64,000 nt of DNA from Pirellulales bacterium (lineage in GTDB: Bacteria > Planctomycetota > Planctomycetia > Pirellulales > JAICIG01). Shown here in pieces: positions 9,906 to 20,900 of the stretch. Position numbers and translations under genes: made by a program. Under the pieces are notes generated by a model. The model was not told where the DNA came from. It searched no databases and saw only the letters and a list, made by a program, of their open reading frames with translations. Location: assembly GCA_040901675.1 (NCBI GenBank), contig JBBDYJ010000028.1, forward strand, positions 3,336-67,335, written 5' to 3'. Each line of letters opens with the position of its first letter. The stretch's first letter is position 1.

Positions 9906-10631
9906 TTATGCAGGCTGATTCGGTGGTAGGAGGGCACGGGAGGAATCACGGACGATCAGGACGTGCAGCCGCCCAGGTCCGTGAACGCCCGTGGTCAAGG
10001 TGAGTTCCAGGTCGCCGGTCTTGCTGGGGCCGGTAATCAACGTCCAATTGCTGGCCAGCGAGGCGGCCGAACCGTCGCTGGAATCCAGCCGCTCGAAAAA
10101 GTCGAACAGATTGGGGACGATTTGACCCGATTCGACGATGGCGACGTGAAGCGGCGGCAGCAGGCTGGTGGATCGCTCGCGGCCGGGCCCCGACGCCAAT
10201 GCCAGAGTGCCGGTCTCGGCAATGGCATAATCGACGCTCGAGATGCCGACGTCGGCCGCCAGCATGAACGCTCGGCCCTGGTCCGGCGAGCAGCGGCTGA
10301 GCGAATCATGATCGTGGCGGGCCATGGCGTGCGCGTCGAGCAGCTCGGCCAGGCGCAAACGGTCCAGGAGCGGATGGCGCCAACAAAGAGCGCTCTGGCA
10401 GGCGTCCTCTCGAAGGATCGTGCTCAGGAGAAGTCGTGCTTCGTCGAGCGTATCGACGAGGCTGGCAAAACCGCCAGCCGCTTCGACTTCGTCGGCGAAC
10501 CGCGCGGCGGGGTCGGGGTCCGCGCCGCCGTGCCCGCCATGAGCGGCCATGTCGCCGGCCGCCCCGACCCGGTATGCCCGTCCGGCGGCGGCGGCCTGTC
10601 GGACCCGCGCCAGGAACGTGTCGCGGCTCAT
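9906..10631 (-). CDS. lutC: Lactate utilization protein C (LUD domain, YkgG)
   Basis: MSRDTFLARVR, AIAETGTL, SLLPPLH, ITGPSKTGDLELTLTTGVHGP; start overlaps lutB stop. Confidence 0.88.
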   Translation of the reverse strand: MSRDTFLARVRQAAAAGRAYRVGAAGDMAAHGGHGGADPDPAARFADEVEAAGGFASLVDTLDEARLLLSTILREDACQSALCWRHPLLDRLRLAELLDAHAMARHDHDSLSRCSPDQGRAFMLAADVGISSVDYAIAETGTLALASGPGRERSTSLLPPLHVAIVESGQIVPNLFDFFERLDSSDGSAASLASNWTLITGPSKTGDLELTLTTGVHGPGRLHVLIVRDSSRALLPPNQPA

Positions 10632-12067
10632 GGCAGCCGCCCTTTGCTCTTCCACCAGTCGCGAAAACGGCGCGGCGCCGGGGCGGGAAAATCGCGGCTC
10701 GCGGTCCAGCCGGCGAGGGCGCCGGGGAGACGCCGCAACCAACGGCCTTGCTTGAGTCGGGCAAGACCGCGCGTCGCCAGCCAGGTGCCCAGGCGGTAGA
10801 GCCGCGGACTGCGAAGCGATCGGGCCCAAAGGGCGTACGCCAGTTGCTCCAGCCGGCCGGCGCGCCCCGGCTCGTGGTGCAACTGCTCGCGCAACTGGAT
10901 CAGCATCTGGGGAATGGCAATCTTGACCGGGCAGGCCGCCTGGCAGGCGCCGCACAGGCTGGACGCGTGCGGCAGGTGATGGTTGGCGGCCAAACCGTCG
11001 TAGAGTGGCGTCAGCACGGCTCCGATCGGCCCGGCATAAACACCGCCGTAAGCATGGCCGCCCACGTTGCGGAAGATCGGGCAGACGTTGAGGCAGGCAC
11101 CACAGCGGATGCAGAACAGGCTTTCGCGCAAGGGGCCGGCCAGGATGCGGGAGCGGCCGTTGTCGAGCACCAGCAGGTGAAACTCGTCGGCGCCATCCAG
11201 TTCGCCCGCCCGCCGCGGTCCGGTGATCAGCGTGGTATACACCGACAGCTTCTGCCCCGTGGCTGCCCGCGCCAGGATGTTGAGGAAGACGGGCAGATCG
11301 GCCAGGCGGGGAATCACTTTCTCCATGCCCATGATGGCGATGTGGACTCGCGGCATGGCGGTCGTCAAGCGTGCGTTGCCCTCGTTCGAGACCAGCACGA
11401 TGGTGCCGGTTTCGGCCACGGCGAAGTTGACGCCGGTAATGCCCACGTCGGCATTGGCGAAGGCCGAGCGGAGTCGCCGCCGTGCATACGCCGCCAGGGA
11501 CGCGGGATCGGCGGCCAGCGGCTGGCCGGCGTCGCGGCTGAGGATTTTGGCGACCTCGGCCACGCGGAGGTGAACGGCGGGCGCCACCAGGTGCGAGGGC
11601 CGCTGGCCGGCCACCTGAATGATGTATTCGCCGAAGTCGGTCTCGACGACTTCGAGCTGGTGCCGCTGGAGCGCCTTGTTGAGGTGAATCTCCTCGCTGG
11701 TCATCGATTTGGATTTGACGATTCGCTTGCCGCCGCAGTTGCGAACGATGTCCAGCACGAGGCGGCAGGCTTCGTCGCCGTCGTCGGCGAAGTGCACGTG
11801 GCCGCCGCGGGCGCGCACGCTGGCTTCGAGCGTTTCCAGGTGCCCGGCGAGTTCGGCCAGCGCGGCGTCCTTGATGGCGCGTGCTCGCTCGCGGAGGCGT
11901 TCTCCCTCGGCCAGCAGAGCGAAGGCTTCCCGGTTGCGCGCCGCCAGCGTGTCTCCCAGCTTGTCGAGGGCCGACTGCAGGCTGGCGTCGGCCAGCGCTT
12001 CGCGCGATGCGCCCAGGAAATCGTGATGTTCACGCTCGGCGTACTTGCCGGCCGCCTCGCGCTTCAT
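10628..12067 (-). CDS. lutB: Lactate utilization protein B (Fe-S, YkgF)
   Basis: KSKSMTSEEI, ETDFGEYIIQ, PSHLVAPAVH, NEGNAR, CIRCGACLNVCP, SSLCGACQAACP. Confidence 0.93.
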   Translation of the reverse strand: MKREAAGKYAEREHHDFLGASREALADASLQSALDKLGDTLAARNREAFALLAEGERLRERARAIKDAALAELAGHLETLEASVRARGGHVHFADDGDEACRLVLDIVRNCGGKRIVKSKSMTSEEIHLNKALQRHQLEVVETDFGEYIIQVAGQRPSHLVAPAVHLRVAEVAKILSRDAGQPLAADPASLAAYARRRLRSAFANADVGITGVNFAVAETGTIVLVSNEGNARLTTAMPRVHIAIMGMEKVIPRLADLPVFLNILARAATGQKLSVYTTLITGPRRAGELDGADEFHLLVLDNGRSRILAGPLRESLFCIRCGACLNVCPIFRNVGGHAYGGVYAGPIGAVLTPLYDGLAANHHLPHASSLCGACQAACPVKIAIPQMLIQLREQLHHEPGRAGRLEQLAYALWARSLRSPRLYRLGTWLATRGLARLKQGRWLRRLPGALAGWTASRDFPAPAPRRFRDWWKSKGRLP

Positions 12068-12414
12068 TCGAGGGCCTGCAGCAGCATGGTGGCCAGCGGC
12101 GCCACGGCGACGACCAGCGCGAACACCGTGATCGGCAGCGGGGGCGGCAAGCGGCGGCTTTTCAAAACGACGGGCGTCAAGAGCAACACTCCCAAGCCGA
12201 TGACACACGCGGCGAACAGCAGCAGGCCCGACAGGACCCCCAGCCTGCCCGCGCCGCGCGACACCCAATGGCTGGCCAGGGAACCGGCTTCGCACAACAG
12301 CGTCGTAACAACCATCAGCATCCAACCGATCGTGAGCACTTCGACCGAGCGCGGCTCAGTGGACGAGGCGCGTTTGCGGCGATGCTTGCTTCGCCTGTTC
12401 ATGGCCGTCGCCAA
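12064..12414 (-). CDS. Small 3-TM hypothetical membrane protein
   Basis: Three hydrophobic segments; stop overlaps lutB start. Confidence 0.7.
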   Translation of the reverse strand: MATAMNRRSKHRRKRASSTEPRSVEVLTIGWMLMVVTTLLCEAGSLASHWVSRGAGRLGVLSGLLLFAACVIGLGVLLLTPVVLKSRRLPPPLPITVFALVVAVAPLATMLLQALE

Positions 12415-12533
12415 TCGGGCCCTTCAAAATGGCCAAGAGCGGACCGGGCATGCGATCCGGTACGCTTGTCTTACTAGCCTGGCGCCGGGCTAGTCAATGG
12501 CGCCGGCTGGCCGGCGAGCAGGCTGGCGGACGT

Positions 12534-13319
12534 TCAGGTTGTCAACGGAGGCTCGCAGACGGCAAAGGCCCTGTAGGCACGGGCCGCCAGCTCTTCGTCT
12601 CCGGATCGGGGCACAAAAGCCCCGCGGACCCGGGCGCGCAGGATCACTCCTTTTTCCAGATCGCCCGAGAAAAGGCGGTTCGCGCAGTTCAACCGGTCCG
12701 CGTCGGCAGTCCATTCACTCGCTTGGAAGTCCGCGGGATGAACCATCTCGACGTAGCTGAGCGAAGCGCCGCGGGGCCGGTACAAGAAGCACGCGGGCCG
12801 GCCATCGCGGGCGAGCAGCCACGCCGACGCCGCGGGCAGGACCAGCGGATCGAACCGAATTCGATCGGGGTCGGCGAGGCGGAGCACGTGGCCGGCCGTC
12901 AGCCCCGTGGCGGTCGTCAGGCTCGGATTGGCTTTCAACAAGCTGGTTTGAACCGACACAATCAGATCGATGGCCGGTGCCTGGGGCGCATCGAGAGCGG
13001 TCGCGATGGCCCGCCAATAAAGTTGGACCCGGACCGGGCGGTCTTGCGTTTGCGCGTACGTCGCGACCAGATCATCGCCGCGCTGGTAGCGGTCGACCAG
13101 GACGTCCGCTTGATCGGGCTCTAGACGAGGGATCGCGACTCCCAAGATCCGTTGCGGCGTCCAATCGTGGCCGAGTACGTGAAGGCCGGTCAACCCCGCG
13201 CCGGGCTTCGACAAGTCGATCGTTCCCCGCAATTCCGGAGAGCTGAGCTGTCCCGTGTGCCCCGCAAGCTGCCAGTGCGCGCGAAACATGTCGGTCAATA
13301 AAAAAACCCCGCCGCTCAC
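12534..13319 (-). CDS. Hypothetical protein (start may be 13289)
   Basis: Protein-like 261-aa ORF ending LEKGVILRARVRGAF...PPLTT. Confidence 0.7.
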   Translation of the reverse strand: MSGGVFLLTDMFRAHWQLAGHTGQLSSPELRGTIDLSKPGAGLTGLHVLGHDWTPQRILGVAIPRLEPDQADVLVDRYQRGDDLVATYAQTQDRPVRVQLYWRAIATALDAPQAPAIDLIVSVQTSLLKANPSLTTATGLTAGHVLRLADPDRIRFDPLVLPAASAWLLARDGRPACFLYRPRGASLSYVEMVHPADFQASEWTADADRLNCANRLFSGDLEKGVILRARVRGAFVPRSGDEELAARAYRAFAVCEPPLTT

Positions 13320-13652
13320 AGCAAGGCGAGACGGCGGGGCCGGAACAGAGAAGAGGCCGTACAGCTAAGAAAAGTGGTCCTATGACACGGAGGCTCAATT
13401 ACCTCCAAACACGCTTGGATCTTACCAACTTGATCTGGCATGTCCAGCATTTTATTAAAAAAAGACGGCTGAGCGTCGAGCGGCCCCCAAGGGGGGCCGG
13501 CCTGGAGACCGGGAGCAGCCAACCAAACGAGCCGGCAGCGCGGCAAGCGGCCGGATGCTTGGTATGCCGGGCGGCCTGGTCTGCCGTCGGCGGGCTTGAG
13601 TAGTTTATAATCCCGGCATCGCCAGGCATGACTCTCCAAGGGAGGAGGCCAA

Positions 13653-14462
13653 GTGGCCGCAATTGCTGACTTTCAAAGAGTTTGTGAAGAAACGGCCATC
13701 GAGGCGGGCCGCCTGCTGCTCGATTGGCGCGGCCGCTTCAACGTGCGAGAAAAGGGTCCCAGCGACCTGGTGACGGAAGCCGATCTGGCGAGCCAGGAGC
13801 TGATCCGCGGGCGGTTGCTGGATGCGTTTCCCGGCCATGGTTTTCTGGCCGAGGAGAACCTCTCAATTGCCAGTCGAGACCAAGGCTTTCGCTGGATTGT
13901 CGACCCCCTGGACGGGACTACCAATTACGTTCACGGCCTCTCGAACTACGCCGTGTCGATTGCTCTGGAGCAATCGGGCCGGCTGGTGGTCGGCACCGTG
14001 TACGACCCAGCCGCCGAAGAGTGTTTTTCGGCGGCCGTGGGAATGGGCGCATACGTCAATCGGCAGCCGATCCACGCCAGTGCCACGCAGCAACTCTCCG
14101 AGGCCCTCGTGGCCACAAGCTTCTCGGCCGAGGTGCATCGCGAGGACCGCCAGATCGCGGACTTTATCGAGGTCCTGCTGCGATGCCGGGCAACGCGCCG
14201 GATGGGCTCGTCGGCGCTGAACCTTTGCTACCTGGCCGCCGGACGCTTCGACGCCTACTGGGCCACGACCACGCAGGCCTGGGACATTGCGGCCGGCGCC
14301 TTGTTGGTTCGCGAGGCGGGGGGCGTGATCACGAGTCTCGACGGAGGCGCGTTGGACCTGGACCGCCCGGAGTTTGTCGCGGCCGGCACGGCCCTGCTGC
14401 ACGGGCAGTTATTGGCGCTGGTCGGCAACCGACCGATGGCATCAGCGGGTGCATTACCGTAG
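13653..14462 (+). CDS. suhB: Inositol monophosphatase family protein
   Basis: DLVTEAD, AEE, WIVDPLDGTTNY, RRMGSSALNLCYLAAGRFD, WDIAAG; GGAGG RBS. Confidence 0.92.
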   Translation: MAAIADFQRVCEETAIEAGRLLLDWRGRFNVREKGPSDLVTEADLASQELIRGRLLDAFPGHGFLAEENLSIASRDQGFRWIVDPLDGTTNYVHGLSNYAVSIALEQSGRLVVGTVYDPAAEECFSAAVGMGAYVNRQPIHASATQQLSEALVATSFSAEVHREDRQIADFIEVLLRCRATRRMGSSALNLCYLAAGRFDAYWATTTQAWDIAAGALLVREAGGVITSLDGGALDLDRPEFVAAGTALLHGQLLALVGNRPMASAGALP

Positions 14463-14614
14463 CGGAGCGGGCATTTCCTGCTTTGAGAGGGTCCGCGGGC
14501 TGGGTAAACTAGACGGGGGGCCACCCCGCGGCACCCTCACTTCTCAAAACCGAGCCGGCGGCGACAGCGGATTCACCGCCTTCTGAAGGGCGGGGCACGA
14601 AAGGATCGACAACC

Positions 14615-17600
14615 TTGCGGGTGAGTTGGTGCTCTCCGGCGCTGGCGATTGTGAGCCAGGTTTTGGCCTGGTGCGCAGTCTGCTGCGCGCAGCCGGCTGA
14701 GGACTCGTCGCCAACCGCTCCGGGGGGCACCCCCCCGGCGGCGGTCATGGAATCGAGGTTGGACGTGTACTACGTCAAGGACAGGGATGGCAACCTGGTC
14801 CCCATGGTCAACTTTCCGCTCGAGGACTTAGAAAAGCTGCTGGCGGTGCAGGAGGCGGGCGCAGGTCGGCAGAAGCCCGCTTTTCGTTTGGAGCGGCTGG
14901 TCGCCGCCGGCACGGCCAGCGGCAGCCATGCCGAGTTGGAAATCGAGTTCAGCGTGGCAGCGAGCGAGGCCAATTGGGTCCGCGTTCCCTTGCGGTTGGG
15001 CGGAGTGGTTTTGCACCGGCCGGCCGAGTACGAGGGGAAGGGAGAGTTCTTTATCGAGTTCGACGAGTCCGGCCACGAATACGCTGCCTGGTTTCGTGGC
15101 AGCGCGGAGGAGTCGCACCAGTTGACGCTGCACGTGCTGGTGCCGTTGGAAGAGTCGGCCGGACAACAGCGGCTCAGACTCAGCGCGCCCAGAGCCGTCG
15201 ATTCGCAACTGACGCTCACGGTTCCGTTGCCGCGCGCGGTGGGCCAGGTGTCGCCGGGCGCAGTGATCGGGTCGACAACGCCCGGCCACGACTCCACGCA
15301 GTTCAAGGTGCTGGGCTTAATGAGTGATTTTGCCATCTCCTGGCGAGCGGCGGATGCTCCGGTGGCCCAGGTGCCATCGGTGCTGGAAGCGACAGGCAGC
15401 CTGCTGGTCCGAATCGACGGTCACGGCGTGCGGACCCAGGCCGACTTCAAGGTGAGCAGTCGGGCCGGCAAGTTCGGCGCTTTCCGAATTCGGCTGCCCC
15501 CCGGGGCCACGCTGGTCGACCACGACCAGGCCGATTACACGCTGAGCGCCGTGAGCGAGGCGGGCGGCCCTGCCGCCGCCGGCCGGCTTTTCGAGGTCCG
15601 CAAGGAGGGTCAGCCAAACGGCGAAGCGGTCGTCGTCCGGCTGGTGACTGAACAGACGCGCGGCACTCCCGGCCCCGACCATGCGGTCGACCTGGCCGGC
15701 TTCGACATTCCCGGGGCGATGCGACAGGGTGGCCATATCGCCGTCGAGGTCGACCCCGATTGGCAGGCGGCCTTTGGCGAAGGACAATCCGTTCGCCAGA
15801 TCGAGGTCGATGAGTTGCCCCTTGAGCTGCGCCGCGGCAATTTGGCGGCCGCTTTCGAGTTCTTCGGCCAACCGCACTCGCTGCCGGCACGCGTCGTGCC
15901 GCGCAAGACAACCGTCAGCGTTGAGCAGCGGTACCTGGTGCGCGTCGAGGCGGACCGGCTCTTGCTGCAGGCGACGTTGAAGTACCGCGTCGGTGGGGGG
16001 CGCGTGTTCTCCCTGCCGATCGACCTGGCGGGCTGGAAGGTGGACCCATTCGAGATCAAGCCGGCTACGCTGGTGAAGGCCGACGCCATTGTCGCCGCCG
16101 ACACGGGTCCGCTGGTGATCGCACTTGCCCAGCCGGCGACCGGGGACCTGGAATTGACGCTTTTGGCCGAACAGCCGCTCGGCGAGGCAACGAAGGTCCA
16201 ATTCAGCTTGCCGTGGCCGCAAGCCACGCTGCGAGGTCCAGCCGAGTTGATCGTGCAGCCGGCGAATAACGTCGAGTTGACACCGGTACGGGACCGGCTT
16301 GTGGGTCTGACACCCCAGGCTGTCCTGCTGGACCCAGCCGCGGACGACCAGCAGCCGCCGTGGTCGTACCATGCCGAGACAAGCGAGGCGGCTTTTGCGG
16401 CGGGGCTGCGGGTCCTTCCCCGGCAGATCGGCGTCGAGGCGCGTACGCTTGTTAGGTTGGACATCAGCGGCGGGCGGGTGGAGCAGGAATTCAAGTACAA
16501 CATCTCCCACGAAGCCATCAGCTCGCTGGTTCTCGACGTTCCGAGCGACCTGGCCGAGTCCGACGAAGTGCAGGTGCTGCTGGACAACCGTGCCTTGGAT
16601 CTGAGTCCCGCGGGCCAAGATGCCGCGGGGGAGACGGTCCGGATGCGGGTTGCGCTTCCGGAAAAGCGGATCGGCCGGTGCGAGCTGCTGGTTCGCTACC
16701 CGCTGTCCGAAAGCCGGCCGATTCCGCGGGCCAGCGTCGTGTTGAAGGTGCCGCTCGTCATGCCGGCCGGCGGCGAGCTGGTCGTCAACGAGCTCGAGGT
16801 GCAGGCCCAACCGGGAATGAAAGTCCAGCTCCGCGACCCGCGCTGGAGCAGCGAGCAACAGCCGCTTGCGTCGGCCGGCTGGAAAGTATCGGCCGGCGGG
16901 CCGCGCTACCAGGCAGTGCTCGCCGTCGATTTGGAAGACCGCGACCGCCTGGACGCAACGGTCGTCGAGCGCGCCTGGGTGCAAACCTGGCTGACCCAGG
17001 ACGCGCGAGCCGACCGGGCCGTTTACCGCTTCCTGAGCGGCGGCCGGCAGTTCGCCTTGACGCTCCCTTCCGAGTCGATCGGTCTATCGTTCTTGCTGAA
17101 TGGAGCGACGGTCGAACCGCTGTCGGGTCGAACCGCCGATGAATGGATCGTGCCTTTGCCGCGTGCCGTCGGCAATCTGCCGCGCCACGTGCTGGAAGTC
17201 CACTACCGCTTCCCCGATCGTCCCTACCCGAATACGCGGTTGTCCATCCAGTTGCCGCGGCTCGATCCAAGCGTCGCCATCCGCCGCACATACTGGCAGT
17301 TGGTATTGCCAGCCGACGAACATATGCTCGCCGGACCAGTGGGCCTGACTTCGGAGTTCGCCTGGCACTGGAATGGTTTCTATTGGGCCCGGAGGCCCCT
17401 GTTGGAGCAACCCGCGCTGGAAACCTGGAGCGGCGCCAGCCCGGAAGCGGTTTTGCCCGTGGGAGTCAACCGGTATCTCTTCAGCGGTCAACGTGTGGGC
17501 GACGCGCTCGAGCTGCGGCTGGCCGGTAGATCGCTGTTGGTCCTGGCCGCTTCGGGCTGTGTCCTGTCGGTCGGCCTGCTGTTGATCTACGTCCCCCGGT

Positions 17601-17908
17601 TAAGGCATGCCGGCCTGCTGCTGGCCGCGGCGGTGGCAACTCTTGCCGGTGCCCTTCTGGCACCCGAAACGACGCTGATCATCCTGGAGGCCGCCACGTT
17701 CGGATTGGTGTTGGCCCTGCTGGCCGGCATGCTCGAACGCCGCGTCGGGCGCCGCGGCAGGAGGGCCGTGCTGATGCACCGAGGCGCCAGTTCCCTGGCA
17801 CGTTCAGGGTCCAGCCATACCCAGCAACTTCTTCCGGCGCCGGCGCCGGTTTCAACCGAAACGGCCGCCGTGGGCATGGAGTTGTCGGCGCAGGACCAAG
17901 GGCCATGA
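14615..17908 (+). CDS. Large exported, C-terminally membrane-anchored hypothetical protein (1097 aa)
   Basis: Signal peptide, beta-rich body, 3 C-terminal TM helices; ATGA overlap with next gene. Confidence 0.85.
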   Translation: MRVSWCSPALAIVSQVLAWCAVCCAQPAEDSSPTAPGGTPPAAVMESRLDVYYVKDRDGNLVPMVNFPLEDLEKLLAVQEAGAGRQKPAFRLERLVAAGTASGSHAELEIEFSVAASEANWVRVPLRLGGVVLHRPAEYEGKGEFFIEFDESGHEYAAWFRGSAEESHQLTLHVLVPLEESAGQQRLRLSAPRAVDSQLTLTVPLPRAVGQVSPGAVIGSTTPGHDSTQFKVLGLMSDFAISWRAADAPVAQVPSVLEATGSLLVRIDGHGVRTQADFKVSSRAGKFGAFRIRLPPGATLVDHDQADYTLSAVSEAGGPAAAGRLFEVRKEGQPNGEAVVVRLVTEQTRGTPGPDHAVDLAGFDIPGAMRQGGHIAVEVDPDWQAAFGEGQSVRQIEVDELPLELRRGNLAAAFEFFGQPHSLPARVVPRKTTVSVEQRYLVRVEADRLLLQATLKYRVGGGRVFSLPIDLAGWKVDPFEIKPATLVKADAIVAADTGPLVIALAQPATGDLELTLLAEQPLGEATKVQFSLPWPQATLRGPAELIVQPANNVELTPVRDRLVGLTPQAVLLDPAADDQQPPWSYHAETSEAAFAAGLRVLPRQIGVEARTLVRLDISGGRVEQEFKYNISHEAISSLVLDVPSDLAESDEVQVLLDNRALDLSPAGQDAAGETVRMRVALPEKRIGRCELLVRYPLSESRPIPRASVVLKVPLVMPAGGELVVNELEVQAQPGMKVQLRDPRWSSEQQPLASAGWKVSAGGPRYQAVLAVDLEDRDRLDATVVERAWVQTWLTQDARADRAVYRFLSGGRQFALTLPSESIGLSFLLNGATVEPLSGRTADEWIVPLPRAVGNLPRHVLEVHYRFPDRPYPNTRLSIQLPRLDPSVAIRRTYWQLVLPADEHMLAGPVGLTSEFAWHWNGFYWARRPLLEQPALETWSGASPEAVLPVGVNRYLFSGQRVGDALELRLAGRSLLVLAASGCVLSVGLLLIYVPRLRHAGLLLAAAVATLAGALLAPETTLIILEAATFGLVLALLAGMLERRVGRRGRRAVLMHRGASSLARSGSSHTQQLLPAPAPVSTETAAVGMELSAQDQGP

Positions 17909-20900
17909 GCGGTCGCATCGGCTGGCCGGGGTGTGTGGTGCTGGCCGTGGCCCTGGTACTGGCCGGATTTCCGGCGACCGCCGGGGCGGCCGACGAAGCA
18001 GCGGCCGATCCGTCGAGCGAGCCGTTGCGGTTTCGCCGGATTTACGCGCCCGCGGACCGGGTGCGCGACTGGCCGCGGGGAAATGTGCGCTATGTGCCGA
18101 TCGAGCCGGACGAATTCGAAAGGCTGGTGGAGGCGGTTCGCTCCGTGCCACGCGGGGCCACTTCGGCAGTCGCTCGCGTGGTGCAGGCCCATTACGAGGC
18201 GCGGCTGAACGAGCCGGACCTGCTGTCGGGCCGGCTCCGCTTTGAAGTCCATCACCCGGCTCGAGGGGCCGCGCTGTTACCGTTGGATCCGTGCGGGTTG
18301 GCTGTCGAAGAGGTGCGCTGGGAAGATCCGGCGGCCCCACCGGCGGTCGTTGGAGCCGACCCGCAAGGCAAGTTCGCGGTTTTGGTGGAGCGGCCGGGCA
18401 ACCTGCTGTCGGACTGGTCGCTGCGTGGACATCGCGATGCGACGGGCGGGGTGGGATTCTCCTTGGAGCTACCGCGCTGTCCTTTGAGCACCTTGTTGCT
18501 TGATCTGCCGGAGACTCTGGTTCCCATCTGCACGGCCGGAGTGGTGGCCGGCGAATCGGCGTCGGACGACGGGTGGCGGCGTTGGCAGATCGAGCTGGGT
18601 GGGCAAAATCGCGTCACGTTGAGAGTCGTGTCGCGCGACGCGACCAGCGAGCGGAGGCGACTGGCATTGATGCAGGAGGACTTGAGTTACGAGTTCTCGC
18701 CCATGGGCCTGGATGTCAGGGCGGATCTGAAGCTCGACGTCCATAACGAACCGCTGCGGCGCCTGGCGGTTGTCCTCGATCCGGGCTTACAGTTCGCCTC
18801 GGCGCACTACGGCGACTTGGAAGTTCCCTGGTCCAGCAGCACCGACCGGCGCACGGGCGAGAGCCGAGTGCTGCTCGAATTCGGCGAGCCGATTCTCGGC
18901 TCGGGTCGCACCCTGCGACTGGCCGCTTTGGCGCCCCTGGTCACCGACAGGCATTGGGCACTGCCGAGGATGAGGCCCGTAGGGGTGTTCTGGCAGGAAG
19001 CCAGCGCTACCCTGCTGGTGCCCGCTCCCCTGTCGTTGCGGGCCCTGCTGCTGGAAGGCTGCCGGCAGTCCAGGATCGGACCGCTCCCCGAGCCGCTGGA
19101 TGGCGAGTCGATCGAGCTGCAGTTCTTTTCGCCCGACGCCAGGGCCGAAGTGGAAGTGTCGCGCAGCGCCACTGCGCCGCATCTGGACAGCTCGATCCAG
19201 ATCGAACTGGGTGAGAAAGAGATGGCCGGCACGTTGGTTGGCCAGTTCGAGCTGAGTTGGGGCGATCGCATGACGTTGGAGGCCCAGGTCGACGCGGGCT
19301 GGGTGATCGATTCGGTCAAGTCCTATCCCGAAACAGCGGTGGACACCTGGGAGCTAGTCGGCGGCTTCGGCTCCGATCTGCTGACGGTCCGGTTGAAGGA
19401 GCGGCTGTCGAGCGCCAATCCCGTGCGGCTGATCGTACAAGGACGGGCGGATCTTTCGGCGTTCACCAGGGTGATGGGCGAGGACGAACTGCGGATGCTC
19501 TCGTTCCAGGACGTTCGCCGGGGGCGGCGGCTCTTGTGCGCTCGGACATCCGGGCCATATCGCCTCCGCTTGCGCGGCGATCCGGCGACCGGGCACCTGT
19601 ATCCCAAGAGTCTGACTCCGGCCGAGCGGGCTTTGTTCGTGGACGAGCCGCGGGGTCTGCTCCTCGACCGCGAGTTGCTCCGCGGCAACTGGGGTCTGTG
19701 GCGAGAGAAGCAAACGCCGCGATTCACCGCGGAAGTCTCCGTCGAAGCGCTGGCCGATGCGGGCAAGCTTGTCGAGAGCTACTCGGTCCGCGGCCAATCC
19801 GAGGCCTCGCCCATGGAACGGCTCGTCGTTCATTTCACGCGGCGCCGAACAGGGCCGCTCGAGTGGACGCTCGCCGGCAACGAGGCACGGCTGATGGCTC
19901 GCCGCTGGTCCCTTCAGGAACAAGCCGAGGCCGGGCTCGACTCGACCGGCGAGAGCTGGGAAGTCCGGTTCGACGCGCCGCGCTTGGCTTTCGCCCTGAC
20001 GGCCGTCCGCTCTTCGGCCTTCAAGAAGCGAGCCGACTTGAGCCTGCTCGTATTGCCCGAGGCCTCCAGCCAGCAGGCGACCCTTTCGGTCAGCGCGGCG
20101 GCGGGGAGTCCCTTGGCCATCCGCAACCGCCGGCTGGAAGCGGTGACCAATCCTGCACCAGCACCCTTGGAAAACAGCAGCTTGCGCGGCAGCTACCGCT
20201 ACGATCCGGCCGCCGAACTGGAACGCTTCGACCAGCCTGCCATTACGCTGGCCCGCCCCGTCGCGGCGGGATCGCGGCCCTCGGCCTTTGCCTGGAGTTG
20301 CGAACTGGACTCGCGTTTCGACTCGACCGGACAAGCCGTGCACCTGGCCACGTACAGGCTCCAGTCGGATGGGCAACCGAGTTGCGAGATCACACTGCCT
20401 GGCGACGCCCGCTTGACGGGCGTGTGGGTCGATGACCGTCAAGTGACCGCGTCGGCGGAGCCGGGGCGGCTGGTGATACCGCTGCCTGACGGCCGGCGGT
20501 TTCCGCTGGTGGCCGTGCAGTACACAACGCAGGGGGATGCCTTTGGCTTGGCGGGCGTATGCCGGGCCCAGTGGCCCACGATCAACCTGACCACGCTGTC
20601 GCGCCAATCGACGGTCTGGCTCGCCCCCGGTTACGAATTGCTCACCGGGTCGGTGCCCGAATCGGCCGCGCCGGTCACCTGGTCGCAGCGCCTGTTCGCT
20701 GCGCTGGGACGGCCCGCGGCGACGCCGCCGTTCCAGCCCCTGGCTGCGGACGACTGGCTGCGGCTGTCGGGCCGCAACGCGCGGCGAGACTGGGCTGACG
20801 CGACCGGCACAGCGTTTCTCAGGAGGCTGGGCAACCGGCTCAAAATCGACGATCGCGGCAAGACGCTTGATTGGGGCAGCTTGCTGGAATCGGTCGACCG

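Noticed and set aside
10436..12493. 685-aa plus-strand ORF and similar long antisense ORFs (8182-9690, 15317-16984, 28519-30225, 45124-46524)
   Set aside because: Shadow frames of well-supported genes in high-GC DNA
13320..13650. AT-richer intergenic region as ncRNA or small ORF
   Set aside because: No identifiable structure or protein motif; probably divergent promoters
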